Source: Candidatus Hydrogenedentota bacterium (GTDB taxonomy: Bacteria > Hydrogenedentota > Hydrogenedentia > Hydrogenedentales > SLHB01). Taken from it: a DNA stretch of 64,000 nucleotides. Shown here in pieces: positions 51,346 to 59,482 of the stretch (within the stretch, counting starts at the first letter, position 1; the number at the start of each line of letters is the position of its first letter). The notes beneath the pieces are model-generated. The model was given only the letters and a program-made list of their open reading frames with translations. It was not told where the DNA came from and ran no database searches. A program made the translations under genes and the position numbers. The stretch is taken from contig CAXXYE010000009.1 of the NCBI GenBank assembly GCA_963674865.2, positions 320,001 through 384,000 of the forward strand, read 5' to 3'.

Positions 51346-52199
51346 TCGGCGACCCGCGCCCGGGCCTCCCGGGCTGAACGGAAGAACGCGTCCAGCTCAT
51401 CCGCGGCGCCTCGCGAGATGATGTCGCGCGCAGCGTCGAGATGCTCCCCAAGAACGCGAAGCCCCTCCGCGATCGCTTCGCGATTTGTCAGGCAGATATC
51501 CCGCCATACCTCGGGGCGGCCCGAGGCGATGCGCGTGACATCGCGGAACCCCTCTCCGATAACCGGGCGGATGCCCTCTTGCGCGGCGGCCAGTTCCGCC
51601 ACGCACGCCGCGACGACGTGAGGAATGTGGCTGCTGCGGGCCACCAAGGCGTCATGCAGCGCAGGCTTGAACTCCACCACTTTGGAGCCCACGCTCTGCC
51701 AGAGTCCGCACACCGCCTGATGTGCCTCCGCCGCGACGCCGTCCCCGGCGGCCACAATCGTAACGGAGCCCTCATAAAGCGTCGGGTCGGCATACTCCGG
51801 CCCGAACTTCTCGGATCCGGCCATAGGATGACTGCCCACAAAGCGATACGGCGCGGGCCATGTCCGCTCCGCATGGGAGCAAATCACCGCCTTGGTGCTT
51901 GCAACGTCCGTTACCACCGTCTCCGCGCCGCAGACGGGCAAGATCTCGTCCATCTTGTCCGTGACGCAAGCCGCGGGCGTGCAGATAACAATGAGATCGG
52001 CGCCCTTCGCCGCTGCCCGGGCATCGAGGTAGACCTCGTCAACCGTGCCCTTTTCGAGCGCCTTGTCGAGCGATGTCTGGCGATGCCCCACGCCGCGGAT
52101 GCGCCCCGCCAAGCCCCGCGCCTTGAGGGCCAATCCCAGCGAGCCGCCGAGAAGGCCCACCCCGATGATAGTCACAGTGTCGAAGGGCCGGTTCATCAT
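51342..52199 (-). CDS. tyrA: Prephenate/arogenate dehydrogenase
   Basis: GVGLLGGS, TDVASTK, HPMAGSE, HD...SHIPH, GFRDVTRIA. Confidence 0.9.
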   Translation of the reverse strand: MMNRPFDTVTIIGVGLLGGSLGLALKARGLAGRIRGVGHRQTSLDKALEKGTVDEVYLDARAAAKGADLIVICTPAACVTDKMDEILPVCGAETVVTDVASTKAVICSHAERTWPAPYRFVGSHPMAGSEKFGPEYADPTLYEGSVTIVAAGDGVAAEAHQAVCGLWQSVGSKVVEFKPALHDALVARSSHIPHVVAACVAELAAAQEGIRPVIGEGFRDVTRIASGRPEVWRDICLTNREAIAEGLRVLGEHLDAARDIISRGAADELDAFFRSAREARARVAE

Positions 52200-52248
52200 C
52201 CCGCTTTTCTCACAACCGCATAGTGAAACTGCGCGTGAGCCATTCGGC

Positions 52249-52974
52249 TTATCCCTCCGCGGCCGTCTTCACGGCTTCTTCAAGCGTGAAAGCGCTCAGG
52301 TAAAGAGCACGGCCAACGATCACTTCATCTACCCCGCGCGACTCCAGGTTCCGCAAGCGGCGGATGTCCTCAAGCGAGGATACGCCGCCCGATGCCGTAA
52401 CCGGCACCGAAACCGCGTCGGCCACCGCGCCCGTGGTATCCACGTTGGGGCCCTTCATCAACCCGTCGCTGAGAATATCCGTATAGATGATCCGGCTGGC
52501 GCCGGCGTCGCAGACAGTGCGGGCGAATGCGGTCGCATCCGTTTGCGTCAATTCCGTCCAGCCCTGGACGGCCACTTTGCCCGCGCGGGCATCGATGCCC
52601 ACCGCGATGCGCCCCGGGAATGCCGCAGCTGCTTCCCGCAGAAAGGCGGGGTCGTTGTGCGCCGCCGTGCCCAAAATGACCCGCTCGGCGCCCGCGGCGA
52701 ATACGGTTTGCACAGAGGCCATATCGCGGATTCCGCCGCCTACCTCGAAAGGTACGCCGGCCGCGGCAATGGCTTGAAGTTCATCCTCGATACAAACCCG
52801 TCCGGCCTTGGCGCCGTCGAGGTCCACAAGGTGAACCAGACCTCCGCAGCGACGATGCCACTCCACCGCCTGGGCAACCGGGTCCGTTGAAAAAACCGTC
52901 TCCTGCTCGTAGTCGCCTTGCACCAGGTTGACGCACAGGCCGCCGCGAATATCGACCGCGGGCACGATCCGCAT
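52249..52974 (-). CDS. hisA: ProFAR isomerase
   Basis: PAVDIRGGLCVNLVQG, HLVDLDGA, VGGGIR, YTDILSDG, ASGGV, GRALY. Confidence 0.93.
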   Translation of the reverse strand: MRIVPAVDIRGGLCVNLVQGDYEQETVFSTDPVAQAVEWHRRCGGLVHLVDLDGAKAGRVCIEDELQAIAAAGVPFEVGGGIRDMASVQTVFAAGAERVILGTAAHNDPAFLREAAAAFPGRIAVGIDARAGKVAVQGWTELTQTDATAFARTVCDAGASRIIYTDILSDGLMKGPNVDTTGAVADAVSVPVTASGGVSSLEDIRRLRNLESRGVDEVIVGRALYLSAFTLEEAVKTAAEG

Positions 52975-52976
52975 AG

Positions 52977-53342
52977 TCAGGACGCGGCTTCCAGTTTCGC
53001 CTTCACCTGCTCGACAATCTCGTTGAACCGTGTCTCATCAGTGGCGGCGATTTCAGCCAGCACCTTTCGATTCAGGTCGATATTGGCGAGTTTGAGGCCG
53101 CAAATGAAGCGGCTGTAACTGATGCCGCAGGCCCGGGTGGCCGCGTTAATGCGCGCGATCCACAACTTGCGAAAATCACGCTTGCGCGCTTTGCGATCTC
53201 GGTACGCATAAGTTCCGGCGTGCTCCACCGCTTGGCGGGCCGTCTTGAGAAGCCGGTGACGGCTGCCGCGGTATCCGGAAGCGAGTTTCGTATATTTCTT
53301 ACGCCGGCTGCGCGATGCCGGGGCACTGGTTGCGCGTGGCAT
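52977..53342 (-). CDS. rplT: 50S ribosomal protein L20
   Basis: GYRG, YAYRDRKARKRDFRKLWIARINAA, LNRKVLAEIA. Confidence 0.97.
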   Translation of the reverse strand: MPRATSAPASRSRRKKYTKLASGYRGSRHRLLKTARQAVEHAGTYAYRDRKARKRDFRKLWIARINAATRACGISYSRFICGLKLANIDLNRKVLAEIAATDETRFNEIVEQVKAKLEAAS

Positions 53343-53393
53343 GGCTTGAACTCCTTTCTTCTGTCAAAGCTATGGGAGGAAACGCGCGGCGCG

Positions 53394-53591
53394 TCACCCG
53401 TAGGGGAGCATCTGCTTGATGCGCGTTACATCCTCAGGGCTCATCAGCGCGGCCTTGCGCAAGTTGCGACGACGCTTCGGCGATTTGCCGCTCATTAGGT
53501 GCTGGCTATAAGCCATGTTCCGCTTCATTTTCCCGCTCTTCGTCCGCTTGAACCGCTTTGCTGCCGAGCGGTTTGTCTTCATCTTAGGCAT
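53394..53591 (-). CDS. rpmI: 50S ribosomal protein L35
   Basis: [15 protein letters not shown], with GGAGG RBS. Confidence 0.97.
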   Translation of the reverse strand: MPKMKTNRSAAKRFKRTKSGKMKRNMAYSQHLMSGKSPKRRRNLRKAALMSPEDVTRIKQMLPYG

Positions 53592-53672
53592 AAAACGACC
53601 TCCTGGAGGCACAAAACTCCTGTCCCGCTCTCGCATGTGGGCCGACGTACGCGGCCCGCCACGGGCGCTAGG

Positions 53673-54203
53673 TTACCGTGCTGGTGACAAAACGAGGCTC
53701 ATGTTCCGGCCCTCGAGGCGAAGCCTCTGCACGTCGTGTGTTTCCTGGCACAGGTCCTTCGTTGCCTCGACGACGCGGGCCAAGATTTCGTGGCCGAATT
53801 CCGGATGGGCCAACTCGCGACCCCGGAACATGATCGTTACCTTTACCTTATTGCCTTGCTGCAAAAACTCGCGTACGTGATTCGTCTTGTAGTCGAAATC
53901 GTGCACGTCGATTTTGGGCCGGTACTTGATTTCCTTTACCGTGATCGTGTGTTGATGCTTCTTCGACTCCTTGACTCGCTTGCTCTGCTGGTAGCGGTAC
54001 TTCCCGTAGTCCATGATCCGGCAAACCGGCGGAGCCGCGTTCGGCGCGACCTCCACAAGGTCAAGGTTCCGCTCCGTGGCTTCCCGAAGGGCATCTTCGG
54101 GACTCATAATGCCAAGTTGCGTACCTTCCTCATCAATCACACGAATCTGGCGCGCACGGATCATTCCGTTCACGCGCACTTTGTCACCTTGCGACCTGAC
54201 GAT
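53673..54203 (-). CDS. infC: Translation initiation factor IF-3, probable ATC start
   Basis: RVNGMIRA, LDLVEVAPNAAPPVCRIMDYGKY, KVKVTIMFRGRE; AAGGAGGT lies 7 nt before an in-frame ATC at 54203. Confidence 0.93.
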   Translation of the reverse strand: MVRSQGDKVRVNGMIRARQIRVIDEEGTQLGIMSPEDALREATERNLDLVEVAPNAAPPVCRIMDYGKYRYQQSKRVKESKKHQHTITVKEIKYRPKIDVHDFDYKTNHVREFLQQGNKVKVTIMFRGRELAHPEFGHEILARVVEATKDLCQETHDVQRLRLEGRNMSLVLSPAR

Positions 54204-54278
54204 GCGCAGCACCTCCTTAGTTGATTAACCAGCGTTTCTTCCACGGCCCGCCAATGGCCACAAGGCCGTGAAATCAAC

Positions 54279-54394
54279 AAAAAAAGCCGGCAGGGAACAC
54301 CAGTTTCCTGCCGGCAAATAGAGCCGAACTAGAATTTACTGACCTTGCCGGCAGGTCCATGCCGCCGCAAGGTGAGAAGCTGGCGCTCCTACTT
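54279..54394 (-). ncRNA. L20-leader-like autoregulatory RNA with intrinsic terminator
   Basis: AAGTAGGAGCGCCAGCTTCTCACCTTG...CAAGGT resembles my recollection of the Firmicutes L20 leader. It is followed by GCCGGCAGG...CCTGCCGGC-T7, and CTGGTGTTCC in that hairpin can alternatively pair with GGAGCGCCAG. Confidence 0.75.
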
Positions 54395-54419
54395 GTCATC
54401 ACACATCTGCGATGGCGGA

Positions 54420-54449
54420 AGCCTACCACCAAGCGTGATGCCATGTCAA
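54420..54449 (-). promoter_or_regulatory. Putative sigma70 promoter of the infC operon
   Basis: TTGACA-N18-TAGGCT with extended TG, just upstream of the leader. Confidence 0.55.
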
Positions 54450-54463
54450 CTTGGAGATGGGCT

Positions 54464-56419
54464 TCACATCTGGCCGTCGGCCCGATATAGCCGCTCGTGC
54501 TCGCCGTCGACAACCACGGGGAGGTCGAGCGTAGCAGGCTTCGGCGCAATTACATAGTGAAATGAGAACCTATCGCCAAGCGACTGCCATTCCGTTCCCG
54601 GCCGAGCTTCCCAGACCTCAAGCCAATCCCTGTCGTCCGCTCGGGGCGGCACGTCATAGCGCTTCCCATAGATATCCGCATAGATGCTGTGAATGGCGGG
54701 TGCCAGGGACGGCATGTAACCTACCCATTCATGGATGGTGGTGGGCGTCATGACGGGATGGCCCGTACACGCCTGAAGCGTGAAGGCCGTCGGCGGCTCC
54801 ACCAGCATCGCATCCGCCTCCCCGCGTCCCGCAAGGTACTGCGCCACATTACGTTGGAACGGCGTCGAGGGAAGAGGGTCCCGCGTGCGCCACTGGCCAA
54901 ACAGCAGTGCCGCCACCATGAGCAGACACAATCCAGCCGTCGCCGTGCCCTGGAGCTTGGATTCGAGCATACCTTTCAGCCGGCTTTTCGCCAGAGCCTT
55001 GGCCGCGAAGGCCGCTGCTGCGCCGCAAATGAGACATGCCGCGCCGAACTGGTGGTACGCAGCCAATCCGGCGAGGCCCGCGAGACACATGAACGCCCAG
55101 GGAGTGGCGAATGACCTGTCGCTTTGTAGACGCAGGAAGAGCCCCGTCAGCGCCGCGCCGCAGAGCGGATAGAACACCATGGCGCCCGTCCCGAGATAGC
55201 GCCCATAGAGGTCCGGGCCGGCCAGATGCCCAAGAACAGGCCGGATCAGGAGATAAGCCAGGCACGCCGAGAGAAGAACAGCGAGAGGTGTGGCCCTGCC
55301 GCGTGTCCGCAAGCCCTTCTCCGAAAGTACGGCCACCACCCCGGCCACGACGAGCGGCGGCACGTGCAGCATCAGCCGGTACGGTAGCCAAGATACCAGG
55401 ATTCGAGGCGTATCTGGGCCCATAGCGATGTGAGCGGCAAGAATCGGCCAAACAACGGCCGCCACACACGCCGTGTAGGCCGCCCACCCCGCCCACGGCC
55501 CCCAGCGCCCCTTTTCACGGCGCTCCAAACGCGCGGCGGCAGCGCTCATGAGCAGCATCCCCACCAAAGCGATGTGGCTGTTTCCGGTGACGGGCACGCC
55601 CCGGTGCGCGTCATGGTAGAAGGTGAGGGTCTTCCAGAAGGCGTCCGCATCGATATCCGAGGAATAGACGCCGCCCGTCGGTGTTGGCGGCACAAGAGGA
55701 CGCTGGAGCAGCCAAAGGGCCGCGCACAGGGCCAATCCCGCCATTCCCCAACGCACTGCCTGGATCAGATGAGGCCGCTGTCCACTGGACCACGCCCAAG
55801 CGCTGAACAACAGCATGAAGAGGAATAGCGCGGGCGTCTGGCCAAGGTGGATGCACGGCATCAGCCCGATGAGGAAGTATCCCACGCGCCAATAGCCCGC
55901 AAACAAGAGCGCAAGCGCGGCCAGGGCGTATCCCATCGGCACGTGCCCGTTCGAGAACATCGCCGGCCAGACGAACTGAGGATACGTGCTGTCGAACTCG
56001 AGATGGATGCCCGCCAGTATCAGCACGGCCGCGACGTGGCCCCAGAGGGCCCGCCGCGTCAACAACGCCCCCACAAGGAACGGCGGCAAAACAGTCGCCA
56101 TCAGGAACAGGATGTTCCGTGACCCGCATACCACCGCCGGCCCCGGCGCCAGCCACAGCAAGGCGGCCGCCGTGTACGTCTGGATACTGTAGGCCCCGCG
56201 GGCGTACCGGAAGAAGGGGTGGGCCTCCGGATAGGGCACTTGGCGGAGGATGGCCTGGGCGTACTCGTAGTTCTCATCCCACTGGACGCCCCGAATCCAC
56301 ACCGCGCTGATGGCGAACAGGATCCAGAGCACCACGCCAAGGCAAACCGTCCGGCGGAGACGCCCCTGAGGCCCACTATCGGCTCCGCTCCGCGTATTGG
56401 CATCCATTTCCGCCGGCAT
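54464..56419 (-). CDS. Multi-pass membrane protein, GT-C-like architecture, function unknown
   Basis: More than ten hydrophobic segments, DE motif (WDENYE) in the first loop, soluble C-terminal domain; start uncertain (56419 or 56407). Confidence 0.6.
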   Translation of the reverse strand: MPAEMDANTRSGADSGPQGRLRRTVCLGVVLWILFAISAVWIRGVQWDENYEYAQAILRQVPYPEAHPFFRYARGAYSIQTYTAAALLWLAPGPAVVCGSRNILFLMATVLPPFLVGALLTRRALWGHVAAVLILAGIHLEFDSTYPQFVWPAMFSNGHVPMGYALAALALLFAGYWRVGYFLIGLMPCIHLGQTPALFLFMLLFSAWAWSSGQRPHLIQAVRWGMAGLALCAALWLLQRPLVPPTPTGGVYSSDIDADAFWKTLTFYHDAHRGVPVTGNSHIALVGMLLMSAAAARLERREKGRWGPWAGWAAYTACVAAVVWPILAAHIAMGPDTPRILVSWLPYRLMLHVPPLVVAGVVAVLSEKGLRTRGRATPLAVLLSACLAYLLIRPVLGHLAGPDLYGRYLGTGAMVFYPLCGAALTGLFLRLQSDRSFATPWAFMCLAGLAGLAAYHQFGAACLICGAAAAFAAKALAKSRLKGMLESKLQGTATAGLCLLMVAALLFGQWRTRDPLPSTPFQRNVAQYLAGRGEADAMLVEPPTAFTLQACTGHPVMTPTTIHEWVGYMPSLAPAIHSIYADIYGKRYDVPPRADDRDWLEVWEARPGTEWQSLGDRFSFHYVIAPKPATLDLPVVVDGEHERLYRADGQM

Positions 56420-56785
56420 CTCCCCGCCTCTCCCGCCGCGTGTTCCGCGCCCACGGCCAAGATGGGGACAATGTAGCACATTTCCCGCCGGGCCGGTTCG
56501 GATTCGCCACGCCGACGGCAAGCTCTCCCTGGATCCGCGGGACCGACCACCCGTCCAAGGGCTTGCGATGGCGTCCGCCACTTCGCGAGTCGCATTGAGG
56601 AGCGACCTTGACGGCAAGGTGGCATTGGGCCTGCGTCAGTCTTCGCGGTATTCCCGTCCAACACGGCCTCCCCAAAGGAACCTCGCTCCGGTAGACGTGC
56701 GGCCTTGACCTGCGGTTCCTGGTGAGATGCGGGAACGTGGCTCCTGTCGGTGGGGCGTGCGCATAGTCCCCCCAGTCCAGCGAGG

Positions 56786-57080
56786 GCCCCGAAGGGGTGG
56801 CCGTATGTAGCTGTGGATTTGCTCTGCTCACCCACCGACACGAGATCTCAACAATCTGACGCCCCGAAGGGGTGGCCGTATGTAGCCGTGGGTGAGCGAA
56901 GCGAGCCCACGGGAACCGGCCCAGCCCAGCGAAAGCCCCGAACGGGGCGGCCGCGACTGTCATCACCGCAAGACGGATTCTAGGGAGAAATTCAGAGCGC
57001 TGTTGAAGGCCCACGGCGTCGATTTTCGACGAGGAGTACTCTTGGCGGTAGAGTGAGGGCGCTATCACCCCGTTCGGGGC
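56786..57080. repeat. Cluster of REP-like hairpins GCCCCGAA(G/C)GGGG
   Basis: 26-bp perfect direct repeat at 56786-56811 and 56861-56886, a third hairpin at 56935-56950, an inverted copy at 57066-57080. Confidence 0.8.
56961..57051 (+). pseudogene. C-terminal remnant of an IS200/IS605-type (RAYT-like) Y1 transposase
   Basis: Translates HHRKTDSREKFRALLKAHGVDF, then after a 1-nt shift DEEYSWR*. This resembles the HH.K..F.EE...L..H.I.FDE.Y.W tail of these enzymes and is flanked by REP hairpins. Confidence 0.6.
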
Positions 57081-57152
57081 GCCGGAATGTTGAGTGCCCG
57101 TACGCCATGAGACAACCGAGGCGCCGCGTTTCCGAGGGAAAACGGGAATTGT

Positions 57153-57303
57153 GGGGCTGTTGAAACAGTCCCATTCGCCCCAGAGGTTGAGCGAAACACC
57201 GGGACTGTCCCAAGCGGAGTCCGCCGCAGGCGGACGCAGACGGGACTGTCCCAGGTCCTTTCGCGGCCTGCGTCCGGCAACTCTGGACTTTTTCAACGGC
57301 CCC
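57153..57303. mobile_element. 151-bp MITE with 19-bp TIRs and 5-bp target duplication
   Basis: Left end GGGGCTGTTGAAACAGTCC vs right end reverse-complement GGGGCCGTTGAAAAAGTCC (17/19). ATTGT at 57148-57152 and 57304-57308. Two internal GGGACTGTCCC copies flank a hairpin. Confidence 0.85.
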
Positions 57304-57457
57304 ATTGTAGACCTATATCTGCAAAACGTGCGCACAGAACCAATGAAATGCCACGAAATCCCTCTCCATAACGCAGGCAAAGTGACTTTGACGGCGTCGC
57401 CAAACGGGACTATCATGTCACGAAACGGGGATGTGGTGGGCGCAGGGAGAATGACAC

Positions 57458-57865
57458 ATGGCCGCGTCACGCGATTTGAGCCCGGGGGAGTCGTGGGATC
57501 TTATGCAGATCGCCATCCGGCAGCGCCGGCTGGTATGGGGACTGGCGGCTCTGATGGTGTGCAGTTCCTTCACGTTCTACCTCATGGTCACCTCTTCGGT
57601 ACGAATCGGATTCAGCCCCTTTGCTCTCCCCGTCATTGTCTTCCTAGCAGCAAACTTGTATCCGATGCTGCGATCCCTCGGAAGACGCATGCCGTTCTGT
57701 ATTGGCGTCGCAGTTATGCTGTTCATTCCTCTCGTCGGCTTGGTGGTTCTCGGGGTCGCCATTGCCGAAGCAAGCAACGCCCTCCGCGCCGCCGGCCTGG
57801 ATGTTGATTGGCTCGGCGCCCGCACACGCCACATCCTCCTCCTGCGAGCCACGGCCTCGCGGTGA
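57458..57865 (+). CDS. Small hypothetical membrane protein (about 3-4 TM)
   Basis: GGGAG RBS; hydrophobic segments; IPLVGLVVL motif. Confidence 0.6.
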   Translation: MAASRDLSPGESWDLMQIAIRQRRLVWGLAALMVCSSFTFYLMVTSSVRIGFSPFALPVIVFLAANLYPMLRSLGRRMPFCIGVAVMLFIPLVGLVVLGVAIAEASNALRAAGLDVDWLGARTRHILLLRATASR

Positions 57866-58302
57866 CGCCGCGTGTGCGCGAGCTGCGTCACGAATCATGA
57901 GGCGTGCCGCTCTGCTCCAAAGCCGGAAACGCCAAGTCCCGCCCTCCTTCACTAACCGAGGTCCACCCCTGACGTGTCACCAAGTCAACGCGCAGCCAAT
58001 TGGCCACCCGGCCACGCGGGGGGCGTGCGTCGAAACCAGGTTTGTTGCCCCAAATGAGGTATCCACACCCCACATCCGGCTTCCGATGCGTGTTTCGGCG
58101 CTACCTCTTTCGGCCCTGTTCGGCTTGATCCCCAGGGAAAAGCGGTGTTAGGGTGCGGCCGGAAAGCCACCGAATGACGAGGGGCGACGGTTTTGGGCCT
58201 TGAGGCCGAAGGACTTACAAGTGCTTTCTGGCCGCATCCCGCCGGGAACTGCGCTTTCAGGCCGGACTTCTAGGCTCGCACGGTTTGGCGGAATCCCCCT
58301 GG

Positions 58303-58318
58303 CGGCACGCAATTTGCT
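58303..58318 (+). promoter_or_regulatory. Putative sigma54 (-24/-12) promoter
   Basis: CGGCACGCAATTTGCT fits YGGCAC-N5-TTGC with GG-N10-GC spacing, about 200 nt upstream of the ABC ATPase. Confidence 0.5.
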
Positions 58319-58516
58319 TCCTCTGGGGCCACATGGATCGCTATGCGTGATCCGTGCCGCCGTCCGGGTGCGGAGCTTCAGTGATATCCCACGGGTGGGA
58401 CAACGCCTCTGACGGGGACTGTACAAGGAGCGCACCTCGCGGAGAGCCGACATTGGGAGCCGCTCAAAGAGCCCAACAGGCATTATCCATGTGGATGTGA
58501 CGGGAGAGGAGAAGCG

Positions 58517-59482
58517 ATGATCAAAGCGCAAGGGCTGACGATGCATTACGGGCCGGTGGTGGCCCTCGATAATGTGTCTTTCGAGGTCAAACGCGGCGAA
58601 GTCGTCGGTTTGCTCGGGCCAAACGGCGCCGGCAAATCCACCACGATGAAAATACTCACCACGTACCTCTGTCCCACGGGAGGCACGGCCGAGGTCGGAG
58701 GGCTTGACGTGCTCAAAGAGCCGTTGGCCGTGCGCAAGATCATCGGCTACCTGCCCGAAATCCTGCCCCTGTATATGGACATGGAGGTCCGGGCCTATCT
58801 CGACTTTGTCGGCAAGGCGCGCGGCCTGTCCGGGCAGCAGCTTCGCAGGCAAACCGACTACGTGCTCGACGAATGTGGCCTGCGCCCCATGTATCGCAAG
58901 GTAATCCGCGAGCTTTCAAAGGGATACAAACAGCGTACCGGCCTGGCTCAGGCCCTGATCCACGACCCCAGCATCATCGTTTTTGACGAGCCGACTTCCG
59001 GCCTCGACCCCCACCAGATCATCGAAATCCGGGAGCTTGTGCGAAAGCTCGCCGCCGAGAAGACCGTCATCCTCTCGACCCATATCCTGCAGGAGGTCCA
59101 AGCCACGGCGGATCGCATTGTCATCATCAACCGCGGCCGCATCGTCGCCGACGGCACTATCGACGAACTCCGCGAGCGCGCCAGCAAGCAGGAACGCGCG
59201 CAAGTCGCCGTCGTCGGACGCCGTGAGGAGGTTGGACGCCTTCTCACGGGAGTTTCCGGCGCGCGAAATGTCGAATTCCGAGAGGAGCGAGGCGACTGCG
59301 TCTCATTCACCGTCTTCGGCAAGCCGGGCGCCGACCTCTGCCGCGAGGTCAGCGAACTGGCCCGCACGAAAGACTGGCAGCTTCGCGAATTGACGGACTG
59401 TCCCCTCTCCCTTGAGGAAACGTTCTTGACGTTGACGGAGCCCGAACGGGCCGCCGCTACCGCGGAAGGAGGCGCGCGATGA
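58517..59482 (+). CDS. ABC-2 transporter ATP-binding protein (GldA-like)
   Basis: GPNGAGKSTT, LSKGYKQR, FDEPTSGLDP, STHIL, SLEETFL. Confidence 0.9.
   Translation: MIKAQGLTMHYGPVVALDNVSFEVKRGEVVGLLGPNGAGKSTTMKILTTYLCPTGGTAEVGGLDVLKEPLAVRKIIGYLPEILPLYMDMEVRAYLDFVGKARGLSGQQLRRQTDYVLDECGLRPMYRKVIRELSKGYKQRTGLAQALIHDPSIIVFDEPTSGLDPHQIIEIRELVRKLAAEKTVILSTHILQEVQATADRIVIINRGRIVADGTIDELRERASKQERAQVAVVGRREEVGRLLTGVSGARNVEFREERGDCVSFTVFGKPGADLCREVSELARTKDWQLRELTDCPLSLEETFLTLTEPERAAATAEGGAR

Noticed and set aside
52249..52974. Isolated hisA as a bifunctional PriA
   Set aside because: It has the GGG phosphate-binding motif and QGW, not the SGG and RGW features associated with PriA.
56786..56886. 26-bp direct repeat pair as a possible CRISPR array
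   Set aside because: Only two copies, REP-like hairpin context, and no cas genes in the window.
56376..57807. ORFs of 364, 246 and 237 aa across the repeat cluster
   Set aside because: They translate through REP and MITE sequence, with no RBS or domain features.
58400..58490. Possible riboswitch (GGAGAG-containing leader)
   Set aside because: I could not match the conserved core of the glycine or any other riboswitch by eye.
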